IMG/VR virus record: IMGVR_UViG_3300009788_000087
Origin: a virus
Strand: one strand, 5' to 3'
Length of the DNA: 64,000 nucleotides
The notes beneath the pieces were generated by a model, which had not been told where the DNA came from, made no database searches, and saw only the letters and a program-made list of their open reading frames with translations. A program made the position numbers and the translations under genes. Shown here in pieces: positions 55,987 to 64,000 of this stretch. Each line of letters opens with the position of its first letter. The stretch's first letter is position 1.

Positions 55987-56322
55987 CTAATCTACAACAA
56001 TTGGTCTTTCTACTTCAGTTATTTCTTTCGGGGCAAGAGCGCGTCCAACTCTAACACCATTGAATACTTGTGCGTAGTAATCAAATCGTCCCTTCATCAA
56101 AGTCATATTTCGATTCAAGTGCATGATATCTGGTGAATTTGAAAAGGTCGATTTAGCAAGAAGTGATTCAAAATATTCATTGAAAAGGTCGATATCGTCC
56201 ATGACATTTTCAAACAATTCATCAAACTGTATCGTGCGCTTGATGAAGCGCTTAGTAATAAAATACGAAATAACGTTCCCCAATGCTGACACGATAAATA
56301 AAATTGTTATAACTGCAGTCAT
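55987..56322 (-). CDS. Membrane-anchored hypothetical protein (111 aa)
   Basis: N-terminal TM segment; ATGA overlap with the upstream gene. Confidence 0.7.
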   Translation of the reverse strand: MTAVITILFIVSALGNVISYFITKRFIKRTIQFDELFENVMDDIDLFNEYFESLLAKSTFSNSPDIMHLNRNMTLMKGRFDYYAQVFNGVRVGRALAPKEITEVERPIVVD

Positions 56323-56513
56323 TTCGTTCCTTTGGAATACCCATCTTTGGCCCAACAAGATCCCTTGAGTGCAAAATTAGACTTCGAAATAATTGGATCC
56401 ATCTCTATGTTGCAGTTTTCTTCACAACACATCGGTTGGTTCTTTTTGTCTAAATTCTGTTGAATCTCAACAATTATCTTGCATTTCGAGCATTTATAGG
56501 CATATATCGGCAT
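56319..56513 (-). CDS. FmdB-family zinc-ribbon protein (64 aa)
   Basis: MPIYAYKCSKC...C...F.LKGS.W..DGY. Confidence 0.85.
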   Translation of the reverse strand: MPIYAYKCSKCKIIVEIQQNLDKKNQPMCCEENCNIEMDPIISKSNFALKGSCWAKDGYSKGTK

Positions 56514-56516
56514 TAT

Positions 56517-56708
56517 CTAACACAGTTCCTCGCCGTCGCCAACAACTCTTCCTTTTCTCTTAAGATAATCTAAGTTTAAATGAAGGACTTCGTCATTGTC
56601 CACTGATAACTCAATATCTCTAAGTGAATCGGATATGTCTGTCTGCGCAAACAAACCACCCTGTACGATAGAAACGATCTCGATAAGAACATCTGGTCCT
56701 AATTTCAT
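56517..56708 (-). CDS. Small hypothetical protein (63 aa)
   Basis: ATG at 56708 with a GGAG SD. Confidence 0.7.
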   Translation of the reverse strand: MKLGPDVLIEIVSIVQGGLFAQTDISDSLRDIELSVDNDEVLHLNLDYLKRKGRVVGDGEELC

Positions 56709-56728
56709 TGTGTATTCTCCATTACTCA

Positions 56729-56757
56729 ATTATACCATTGGCAAAACCATAAGTAAA
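56729..56757 (-). promoter_or_regulatory. Host sigma70-type promoter (TTTACT-N17-TATAAT)
   Basis: Minus strand TTTACT (56757-56752), a 17-nt spacer and a perfect TATAAT (56734-56729), upstream of the unit leading to gp55. Confidence 0.65.
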
Positions 56758-56779
56758 CCCTACCGATGGCTTATAAGAC

Positions 56780-57241
56780 TTATCTTCCTTTACCGGTCCA
56801 TCGGGCTCGAGTGCCTCTTATATCGTAGTGCACGAATCGACCAGGATAGTGTCCCACTCCACCCTCTTTTATCTTTCCTTCATCGATAAGTAGCAAAATT
56901 AACTCATGGAGTTTAGCCGTAGAACAAAGAGACTTTAAGTCTGCAGCTTTAGCAACCATGTGTTTGGAATTTTTCACTCCACCTATAGCTGCGTTGTGTT
57001 CAGGCGTTCTATACCCTGAAAAGACTTTGATAGAAGTACCGACATGGTCACGAATTACTTGAAGATTCTTAGCAAGCTCTTTGACATTGTCGACAAACTG
57101 AAGTGGGACTTGAGTCTTTCTGTCATCATTTGTCACAAACTCTCCCAACTTGAAGTTTTCTGTTAGTTGTGTATCTGGAGTGAGTGGTCTTCTCTTACCA
57201 AACTTTTTTATTACTCTTGCAAGTTCCTCGAAAAATCCCAT
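56780..57241 (-). CDS. Peptidase M15A family cell-wall hydrolase, probable endolysin (153 aa)
   Basis: FKLGEF, SGYRTPEHN..IGG.KNSKHM..KAAD, FVHYDIRG..ARW (Zn ligands H, D, H). Confidence 0.9.
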   Translation of the reverse strand: MGFFEELARVIKKFGKRRPLTPDTQLTENFKLGEFVTNDDRKTQVPLQFVDNVKELAKNLQVIRDHVGTSIKVFSGYRTPEHNAAIGGVKNSKHMVAKAADLKSLCSTAKLHELILLLIDEGKIKEGGVGHYPGRFVHYDIRGTRARWTGKGR

Positions 57242-58113
57242 CTTGAAATCCTCGTTGTACCAAACTTCTCTACTGCTAATGTGGCACACTCATTCGCATA
57301 TCTAACTGCGCCTCTAATATCTTGTGGATCTCTAACAATCCCTAACGCAAATGCTGCAGTATGTGTATCACCACAACCAGTGACATCTACAACATGTTTT
57401 GCTTCTTTTGTCGAAAAACGTTCAGTATGAACCATGTACGATTTATCATCGCTTTTTGAGCTCTCACACTGGTGAAGCTGAGCTCCCTTTTCTCCAAGTG
57501 TCACAATGACAAAGTCAAACAATCGTTCAACGGCCGTGTAGTCTTTATTCGAAACCTGAAGAGAGTATTCGTGTTCATTCACGTTTAAGAACTTTGCTCC
57601 CTCAAATATTCTCAGGTCTTTTCGCTTCGAATCAACAACGACGGGAATACCAGAATCTAGAATCTTTTTTGTGACACTTTCTGTTACTGTCCCCTTGTCA
57701 TAGTCAGATATGACAATCAGGTCATAGTGCTGACTGAGCTCAAAACACTCTTCAAAATGTTCTCTATATGCTCGATCAAACTTCTTTTTGTTATCTACAC
57801 GACACACTATCTTATCATCACAGACGTATCTATGTTTTTCTAAACTATCTCCCCAGACCATCCACCCGTTAAGATCATTATCTGACATGAGATCAGCATC
57901 TAGAGCTCTCATTATTCCATTTAGATCTACAGAAATACTATCTCCAGCAAGTGCTTTGATATTTGCTGCTACATTTGCAGCTCCACCTAATCTACGCTCT
58001 TTCACACCAGTTTTATCAAAAACAGGGATATCTGCTTCCTGCGCCATGCGAGAAGTCGTAACGTGTGTGTAGCAATCTATGACTATGTCACCAACTACTA
58101 GGATTCTACTCAT
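57211..58113 (-). CDS. hldA: HldE/RfaE domain I-like heptose-7-phosphate kinase (PfkB family, 300 aa)
   Basis: ILVVGDIVIDCY, RLGGAANVAAN, ISDYDKG, VVDSK, VTLGEKGA, VVDVTGCGDT. Confidence 0.88.
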   Translation of the reverse strand: MSRILVVGDIVIDCYTHVTTSRMAQEADIPVFDKTGVKERRLGGAANVAANIKALAGDSISVDLNGIMRALDADLMSDNDLNGWMVWGDSLEKHRYVCDDKIVCRVDNKKKFDRAYREHFEECFELSQHYDLIVISDYDKGTVTESVTKKILDSGIPVVVDSKRKDLRIFEGAKFLNVNEHEYSLQVSNKDYTAVERLFDFVIVTLGEKGAQLHQCESSKSDDKSYMVHTERFSTKEAKHVVDVTGCGDTHTAAFALGIVRDPQDIRGAVRYANECATLAVEKFGTTRISRWDFSRNLQE

Positions 58114-58526
58114 AGTTTCCTTATCTTCTCTATAGTCTTCGACGTTGATATATCGACACAGTACGATTTAGGCACTATTTCAATACGTGCAATATCAGAT
58201 CCCACAACATCTTTATTCAGGTATTCAGGGCCTTTAACGATGATGTCTGGGTTTAGCTTCTTTATTAAATCGTAGGGTGTTTCCTCATCAAATATCATGA
58301 CACGATCGACATACTTAAGCGCCAAGAGCATATCACGTCGCATCCACTGAGAGATTATTGGGCGATCGTTGCCCTTGATCTTCCTAATGCTGACATCACT
58401 ATTCAATCCAACTACCACAGAACCTAAGCGACCGCCCGTCAGATCTCTTGCGTATCTCAACGTTCCTACATGACCAGCATGCAGAAGATCGAAACAACCA
58501 TTCGTGAATACGATATTACTTATCAT
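58110..58526 (-). CDS. hldC: HldE/RfaE domain II-like heptose-1-phosphate nucleotidyltransferase (138 aa)
   Basis: VFTNGCFDLLHAGHV, VVGLNSD.S, KG..RPI, FDEETP..LI..L.PDIIVKG, ISTSKTIEKI. Confidence 0.92.
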   Translation of the reverse strand: MISNIVFTNGCFDLLHAGHVGTLRYARDLTGGRLGSVVVGLNSDVSIRKIKGNDRPIISQWMRRDMLLALKYVDRVMIFDEETPYDLIKKLNPDIIVKGPEYLNKDVVGSDIARIEIVPKSYCVDISTSKTIEKIRKL

Positions 58527-58863
58527 TAAAATTTATGAACTCTGCAGGATGCATAGCTTTATCGTCGACATAAAAATCTGCTGACGGCTTGCCAAACAAG
58601 AGTCGATCATGACAGACTCTGTTGTCTTTCAACCATTTCTCTGTCATCTCACGATATATTGTCTCAATCATTATGACATCTCCATCACACGATTCCATGC
58701 CACGAGCAGTGAAGATCGTTACATGCCAGCCGTTCGTCCAAAGACGGTTGACTTCCTCTATAACCTCAAGATTTGGTAGTGCTAGATGATATGTTCCCGA
58801 ACTCTCCTGAGTACACAGGGTCCCGTCCAGATCCATCACTATCTTCTTCGTAGTCTTCGACAA
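58516..58863 (-). CDS. Small HAD-family phosphatase (capsule biosynthesis phosphatase type)
   Basis: IVMDLDGTLC, IFTARG, T..WL, FGKP.AD.YVDDK. Start uncertain (TTG at 58863, inside the upstream gene). Confidence 0.85.
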   Translation of the reverse strand: MSKTTKKIVMDLDGTLCTQESSGTYHLALPNLEVIEEVNRLWTNGWHVTIFTARGMESCDGDVIMIETIYREMTEKWLKDNRVCHDRLLFGKPSADFYVDDKAMHPAEFINFNDK

Positions 58864-59764
58864 CTGCTCTTCCTTTCATCTCAAGCCAATCCTTCTTCTC
58901 TCTAAGCTCAAGATTCCGCTCGATGACTGCACTAAATAGTTTCTCACCAGTCCCGAACTCTGCTGCGACACTTCTAAGGCTATTAATGTCTTTTGGAAAA
59001 CAGTGACCTCCCGCGCCGAGCTGTCCATCATGTCCTGGAACTTGTAAATGACTGCGTGCAATACGTGGATCTAAACAAGTGAGAAGCATTACTTCCTCGT
59101 AATCAACGTCGAGATGTCTACAGACTTGAAAAATCTCGTTTGCAATGAGAACCTTTGTCATTAGTAGTGTATTCGTAAAGAGCTTCACCATCTCTAATGT
59201 CGTTGGATCATCTGCCATCCCCAAGACTGCTTTGTTCTGCAGTTTCTTTTGGAAGAATCTTACGACGATAGTCGTATCTTCGTCATCACCACCAAATAGA
59301 ACACGTGATGTATTTTCTAGATCTGCAAAGCTATTCTTCTCAGTAAGAAACTCAGGAGAAAAAACAACACGAAGCCCAGTCTGTTGCATTTTCTTTGTGA
59401 ACCCAGGAGTCACTGTGCTCTTGATCACGATGACGAATTCACTCGTATCACGATCAATGCTCTTGGCAACTATTCTAATATCACTGAGAGCGCTTTCGAC
59501 GATGCTAGTGTGACAGCTGCCATCTTTGTTCATTGGCGTTGGAACTGCAAGAAAGACCACATTTGACTCACGAACAACGTCTTCAAGTGTGTCAAGCTTG
59601 TATGTATCATGAACTTTCTTAAACTTATCATAGACAACGGTACGACACTGATCATTGAAGAAATTTTCAATTGCTTGACCAACGTAACCAAATCCAACGA
59701 TGCCGACTGTCATATCAGCAACGTTAAAGTTATCCAAGAAATCGGGTGTATTAATGCTTGTCAT
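58766..59764 (-). CDS. ugd: UDP-glucose/GDP-mannose 6-dehydrogenase family protein (332 aa)
   Basis: VGIVGFGYVG, FLAVPTP, IKSTVTPG, FSPEFLTE, EMVKLFTN, LDPRI, GGHCFPKD (catalytic Cys). Confidence 0.92.
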   Translation of the reverse strand: MTSINTPDFLDNFNVADMTVGIVGFGYVGQAIENFFNDQCRTVVYDKFKKVHDTYKLDTLEDVVRESNVVFLAVPTPMNKDGSCHTSIVESALSDIRIVAKSIDRDTSEFVIVIKSTVTPGFTKKMQQTGLRVVFSPEFLTEKNSFADLENTSRVLFGGDDEDTTIVVRFFQKKLQNKAVLGMADDPTTLEMVKLFTNTLLMTKVLIANEIFQVCRHLDVDYEEVMLLTCLDPRIARSHLQVPGHDGQLGAGGHCFPKDINSLRSVAAEFGTGEKLFSAVIERNLELREKKDWLEMKGRAVVEDYEEDSDGSGRDPVYSGEFGNISSSTTKS

Positions 59765-60782
59765 TTATCATACCTTCGAATAGCTTATTGAAGCGTTTTG
59801 CTTGTACTTCCCAGTTTTCACTCACTGCGTAAGTCCTAGCATTATCTGATATCAAAGCGAATGCTGTCGAATCTTCTGTATATTCGATGATCGTATCTAT
59901 CCAGCTGTTGACAGGGGATACGATGCCATAGACACCGCATGTAATCAAGTCTGATGGTGTTCCCATGTTTGGCGGATACAGCACTATACATCCTGCCGCC
60001 ATTGCTTGCCTGTGAGCTCTTGAAGAGGGTTCCTTAAATGTCGAAGTATACGGCAGAAAACTACACTTATTGAATAATCCCCATAACTCAGGACCATTGT
60101 CAAGATTCTTATGAAATTCCAATGCAGGATGATCTATGATGACTCCGCCATTCGTGTAGTCAGGCCAACAAATATGTAGCTTGAAGCGTTTATCGCGCTG
60201 AAAAAGCTTCAGTGTAAGCTCTATTGCACCCTGCAAGCCTCTCCCGATATCAGAAGCCCACAGAAGCGCTCGAGGGTCTTTTTCACAGGGGTGATATGTC
60301 TCTGTATCAACACCAAGCGTGACACCAGGGAGGAGCTGGGGAGCTCTCGTAAGGCGTGAGAGCTCACTTGCCAAATTATTCTCATGCCACTTAGGAAAAC
60401 AGAGAATACCATCAAGCTTGCCTTCTTCTGTAGCTTTCTCGACAGTCTTCAACCAACCAAGACCGTATGTGTGGTCCTGACTATTGATTACGTTTACAGC
60501 TTCTGATTTATAACAAGTATCAATCCATTTTCTCCAGTGGACAACAACATCATAATCTCTTTCCTTAAAGATATCATACAGGATTACCTCTAAGCATGAT
60601 AATCCTCCGTCACGAGTTGTCTGTGGACCCCACTCAAAATCTGTTACAATATCAACTTCATTCTTACCAAATAGAGAATAGTAGTAAGGAAGCTCAAGAT
60701 GACATTTAATAAACTGAAAAACATAATCACGTTTAGCGAGATCTTCCCAATTCCTCTCAATTCCTACAAAAGCTATTCTCAC
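59751..60782 (-). CDS. Glycosyltransferase, GT-B fold (GT4-like, 343 aa)
   Basis: GVTLGVD, RALLWASDIGRGL, YTSTFKEPSSRAHRQAMAAGC (variant of the E..G...lEAma.G block), WE.QA..F. Confidence 0.8.
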   Translation of the reverse strand: MRIAFVGIERNWEDLAKRDYVFQFIKCHLELPYYYSLFGKNEVDIVTDFEWGPQTTRDGGLSCLEVILYDIFKERDYDVVVHWRKWIDTCYKSEAVNVINSQDHTYGLGWLKTVEKATEEGKLDGILCFPKWHENNLASELSRLTRAPQLLPGVTLGVDTETYHPCEKDPRALLWASDIGRGLQGAIELTLKLFQRDKRFKLHICWPDYTNGGVIIDHPALEFHKNLDNGPELWGLFNKCSFLPYTSTFKEPSSRAHRQAMAAGCIVLYPPNMGTPSDLITCGVYGIVSPVNSWIDTIIEYTEDSTAFALISDNARTYAVSENWEVQAKRFNKLFEGMINDKH

Positions 60783-61768
60783 TTATATTCACCATCTATG
60801 TAAAAAGACTTATACCACTCAACAGTTCTCTTAAGACCCTCATCAAGATCTATTTGAGGCTTCCATGCATGTATCGTTAAAAGCTTACTAGCATCGATGT
60901 ACTGTCTTTGAATTTCCTTAAACAATGGATCACGCCGGCTTACAAATGGTTTCTTCTTTGAACCCATAAGCTCTGATATCTTGGCAGCTAAATCATAGAT
61001 TTTCACTGGGCCTGTTCCACCGATGTTATAAGCTTCACCCTGAGGCGCTTTGATTGGTTTAAGTGCACAATATCCTGTCCCTAACTTAAGATAAGCTTCA
61101 ACTACGTCATCAATGTAGATAAACTCACGCTCCATGCTTTCAATATCTGAATAAAGCATTGGGCCTTTTCCATCAAGAATTAGCTTGATTGTATTTGGAA
61201 CGATTCGTGATAAGCTCATGTCACCCGGACCGTAGACATTACTGCACCTCGTTACGCAGATTGGCATATCATAGTTATGCGCGTAAGATCTAGCAATCAT
61301 ATCCATACATGCTTTAGAGGTATCGTATGTATTCTTTGGTTGTAGAGCAAAATCTTCAGTATATGGAAGTTCCTCATGATCTCCATATGCTTTATCTGAG
61401 GAAGCAACTACAATGCTCTTACATCTACCAACATTGCGTGCAGCTTCAAGAACATTCACAGTTCCCATTACATTAATACGATACGTTGACATTGGATCTT
61501 TTGAAGATGATCTAACAATGGCAAATGCTGCAAAGTGAAAGATTACATCAATCTCCTGAAGTGAGATTATCTCACTTAATGTCGTGTAATCGCAGATATC
61601 TCCCGTGAAGAGCTTGCAGTTTCCGTGGTACAAAATATCAGCTGCATGGCTAATTTCCTTAACTAAACCTGAAACATTAGCTCCCTCGAGAAGAAGTCTT
61701 CTGGCAAGAGCTGTGCCAATGAAACCATTGATGCCAGTGATTAATACGTTTTTGTTCTTCCAGCCCAT
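60779..61768 (-). CDS. NAD-dependent NDP-sugar epimerase/dehydratase (CDP/GDP 4,6-dehydratase-like)
   Basis: VLITGINGFIG, ASSDKAYG, YDTSK (YxxxK), RCSNVYGPGD, YNIG. Confidence 0.9.
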   Translation of the reverse strand: MGWKNKNVLITGINGFIGTALARRLLLEGANVSGLVKEISHAADILYHGNCKLFTGDICDYTTLSEIISLQEIDVIFHFAAFAIVRSSSKDPMSTYRINVMGTVNVLEAARNVGRCKSIVVASSDKAYGDHEELPYTEDFALQPKNTYDTSKACMDMIARSYAHNYDMPICVTRCSNVYGPGDMSLSRIVPNTIKLILDGKGPMLYSDIESMEREFIYIDDVVEAYLKLGTGYCALKPIKAPQGEAYNIGGTGPVKIYDLAAKISELMGSKKKPFVSRRDPLFKEIQRQYIDASKLLTIHAWKPQIDLDEGLKRTVEWYKSFYIDGEYK

Positions 61769-61770
61769 AT

Positions 61771-62349
61771 TTAGCCCCAAGCATCTTCAGATTTAAAAGC
61801 TCTTACTTTAAAGTTCCAATTCTGAAAATACGTCTCACCATTCTCATTTTTATCTAGAAATTCGATATCACTGAATCCTATTCGTTTGAGCTTATGCTCT
61901 AAAAGAGACTTTGTAAACGCTGTGTAGTGCCAGTTACCCTCATAATCCTGCCCGCCATAGAGTCTATTCATAGCAGCTTGAGCTATATCATTGAAAGGCG
62001 TGTTGCATTTTGCACATTTTTTATCTTCTGAATACATCTTGTTTGCGCATACGTTGCAAAGACAATCGTCTTTCATTGCAGCCATAGCACAGTGATCAAA
62101 GTCAGGAACTTGAATTTCAACAAATCCACCAGTTTTTAATGTAAACCAAATTTCCTGAAGGATCGTGTCTGTTAGTCGATAAGAAAAATGTTCGAGAACA
62201 TCAAGCATCAAGATCTCTTCTGCATCTCTCCACGGCCACGGAAACACTGTCAAGTCAACCTTAACTACATCACGACAACTTAATGTCAGCAGATCAGCGT
62301 TTATATAGCCTTCCCGTACATCAGAACCGCATCCTAAATTTAATCGCAT
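61771..62349 (-). CDS. Class I SAM-dependent methyltransferase-like protein (192 aa)
   Basis: LNLGCG, YINAD, DL..FPW, DVLEHF, LKTGG...VPD; Cys-rich insert. Confidence 0.8.
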   Translation of the reverse strand: MRLNLGCGSDVREGYINADLLTLSCRDVVKVDLTVFPWPWRDAEEILMLDVLEHFSYRLTDTILQEIWFTLKTGGFVEIQVPDFDHCAMAAMKDDCLCNVCANKMYSEDKKCAKCNTPFNDIAQAAMNRLYGGQDYEGNWHYTAFTKSLLEHKLKRIGFSDIEFLDKNENGETYFQNWNFKVRAFKSEDAWG

Positions 62350-63251
62350 TCTCTCACTTCTTCGATGAACTGAACGATCTCACGTGCTCTGTGTTGTGGA
62401 GTGTGTCCTTCCATTAGTTCTTGTAACAATGCTTTCCCTTGTTGTTCGTTGATTGGACCATCATACCACCCATCAAGCAAAAGATTTAAATCTTCAAGAA
62501 GCTCTTCTTCTGAATTGAAAGTACAAAACTGTTCTGGCCCATCTCCATCATTATCAAGAAGTGAATTGGAAAGAAGACATGAACCTGCGAACCCTGCTTC
62601 AAAGTGTCTACATTGGTAGCCATAACCCCAACCAAAATCTTGTCCTACATCTGTAGCATGATTCAACACGATTTTTGATCTATTATAGATAGCATTAATT
62701 ATTTCTGGATCAAAAATGCTTAAAGCAACCACGTTATGACCAGCTGCAGTTAGAAGTCTAATCATCTTATTTCGACTTTCGTGCATCACTGGATTCGAAA
62801 GACTTCCAATAAAACAAAAATCAATATCATGCAGAAGACCGAGCGGTCTATAGAGATCCGGATCTGCAGTCAGAAGTAATTTTTTGGCTTTCTTATAACC
62901 GATCTCGTTCGCTACACGAGCACCTTCCTTATCAAACGTGAATGCATAATCACAAAACTCCCGCATGTGTTCCATCATTCCACGGATGCCAGGTGCACGG
63001 ATATCATCTGGTTGATATTCAATTACAGTTTGACCAAAAGTTTTCATATCACGAAGAACAACATGCGAATATTCTCCTTGATCTTTGAATACAATAGTTG
63101 CATCAGCATCATTACGTAGCGTTTGAGATTCTTTTTGTGAAGGATCCCATGTAAACACTGAAACACCGATCTGCTCAAGTCCTTTCTTGAATGCAATCTC
63201 AGTGCCAAATGGAGCATTCCTAACGAAAGCACCTATCATGTTAATCTTCAT
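62340..63251 (-). CDS. Glycosyltransferase, CgeB/DUF3880-like (303 aa)
   Basis: LTADPDLYRP, DFCFIGS, IYNRSKIVLNH, RHFEAGFAG..LLS, HT..HR. Confidence 0.8.
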   Translation of the reverse strand: MKINMIGAFVRNAPFGTEIAFKKGLEQIGVSVFTWDPSQKESQTLRNDADATIVFKDQGEYSHVVLRDMKTFGQTVIEYQPDDIRAPGIRGMMEHMREFCDYAFTFDKEGARVANEIGYKKAKKLLLTADPDLYRPLGLLHDIDFCFIGSLSNPVMHESRNKMIRLLTAAGHNVVALSIFDPEIINAIYNRSKIVLNHATDVGQDFGWGYGYQCRHFEAGFAGSCLLSNSLLDNDGDGPEQFCTFNSEEELLEDLNLLLDGWYDGPINEQQGKALLQELMEGHTPQHRAREIVQFIEEVRECD

Positions 63252-63487
63252 TTTGGATCCCATCCAAAGTGTTCGCGAACTTGGTTTCTTAAATCTTCTG
63301 GTAGAGACTCTAATCTAATATAGTGTATAATGTCTAAATCGAATGTTGGAATATCTGCTTCATATGAATGTCTATACATTACAAACAAGCTGTTTTCTAC
63401 TTTAGAAATATCTTCTTGATTAGCTACCTTTTCTAAAGTCGTACCACTAGGTTTTGATCTGTCGGCTTTATCTTCAAAATATTTCAT
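63248..63487 (-). CDS. Hypothetical protein (79 aa)
   Basis: ORF track; 4-nt overlaps on both sides. Confidence 0.65.
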   Translation of the reverse strand: MKYFEDKADRSKPSGTTLEKVANQEDISKVENSLFVMYRHSYEADIPTFDLDIIHYIRLESLPEDLRNQVREHFGWDPK

Positions 63488-63858
63488 CTTGATCCTAACT
63501 CGACTCTATAAGAATCTTCTTCTTCATGTTTCGTGCTAAACTCAATCAACGTCGAATCCATCAATGCGATAATTTGGTGTTGTTGCCCACGTGGTATTCT
63601 AACACTATCTCCTACATGAAGATTTATGACATAGTCTTCTGCGTTTGAAGGATCTCTAAAGCGAATATTAACACGTCCTGAACTCAAGTACATCGTTTCG
63701 AGTTTCTTCATGTGATAATGCATTGAGCCTTTTTTATCTTTCTGTAGAACAAGTATTTTTCCACAGTAGTCATCAAGATTTTCGACCCATTTTTCATATC
63801 CCCAAGTGCGATTTGCACGATATGTGTCATCCCATGTAACTTTTTCTACTTTTGCCAT
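63484..63858 (-). CDS. Cupin protein, sugar isomerase-like (124 aa)
   Basis: WGYE.W..N..YCGKIL, SMHYHMKK.ETMYL.SG, IP.G..HQI, IEFST. Confidence 0.85.
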   Translation of the reverse strand: MAKVEKVTWDDTYRANRTWGYEKWVENLDDYCGKILVLQKDKKGSMHYHMKKLETMYLSSGRVNIRFRDPSNAEDYVINLHVGDSVRIPRGQQHQIIALMDSTLIEFSTKHEEEDSYRVELGSR

Positions 63859-63865
63859 CGTGTGA

Positions 63866-64000
63866 TCACTTTAATTTCTTAATAACAACTTCTATTGAAT
63901 ATTCTGAATCCAACGGTGCATGTCCATCTGGCATTTTTGGAACGCCATGATAGCCAGCATCACACGTGTTTATATAAATGATCTCATAAGAGCCTTCTTC
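63866..64000 (-). CDS. C-terminal end of a gene entering from the right edge
   Basis: Open frame EEGSYEIIYINTCDAGYHGVPKMPDGHAPLDSEYSIEVVIKKLK ending in TGA at 63866. Confidence 0.6.
   Translation of the reverse strand, partial: EEGSYEIIYINTCDAGYHGVPKMPDGHAPLDSEYSIEVVIKKLK

Noticed and set aside
1016-63232. Many plus-strand ORFs and nested minus-strand alternative-frame ORFs in the track (e.g. 1016-1414, 5823-6263, 40098-40745, 43305-43850, 51501-52205)
   Set aside because: All lie over well-supported minus-strand genes and show no recognisable motifs; they are shadow ORFs, commoner where GC is high.
1-64000. CRISPR array, tRNA/rRNA genes or structured ncRNA
   Set aside because: Spacers are almost all under 60 nt, and I saw no regularly spaced direct repeats or cloverleaf-like sequences. 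A covariance-model scan would be needed to exclude small RNAs.
1-64000. Stop-codon reassignment, as in some huge phages
   Set aside because: TAA, TAG and TGA all end intact conserved genes (MCP TAA, portal TAG, terminase TGA), and coding density is near complete in code 11.

Overview
This window is 64 kb of a large T4-like (myovirus-type, probably jumbo) bacteriophage genome. Essentially every real gene is on the minus strand, densely packed, and reads in standard code 11. In transcription order (right to left) it contains: (1) a nucleotide-sugar/glycosylation cluster (cupin, CgeB-like GT, methyltransferase-like protein, NDP-sugar dehydratase, GT-B, UDP-glucose dehydrogenase-like protein, HAD phosphatase, and split HldE heptose adenylyltransferase and kinase); (2) an M15 peptidase endolysin and a gp55-like late sigma factor; (3) baseplate and tail genes (spike, gp25, gp6, LamG/FN3/P-domain proteins, GC-rich tail-fibre modules); (4) RuvC, primase and a fused SbcD-SbcC; (5) holin-like and spanin-like genes; (6) the large terminase, an ADP-ribosyltransferase-fold gene and a portal interrupted by an HNH intein; (7) the prohead protease, a GC-rich lectin/esterase cassette, internal head proteins, ribosomal protein bS21, the scaffold and the major capsid protein, followed by a cUUCGg terminator. 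The most striking unexplained pattern is a strong enrichment of the tripeptide [S/T]-G-S in a subset of native virion proteins. It is absent from the GC-rich imported modules and nearly absent from the enzymes. Together with the heptose/sugar cluster, this suggests (inference only) a phage-encoded virion O-glycosylation system with its own sequon. No tRNA, rRNA, CRISPR array or reverse transcriptase was seen. All counts were made by hand; no database searches were run.
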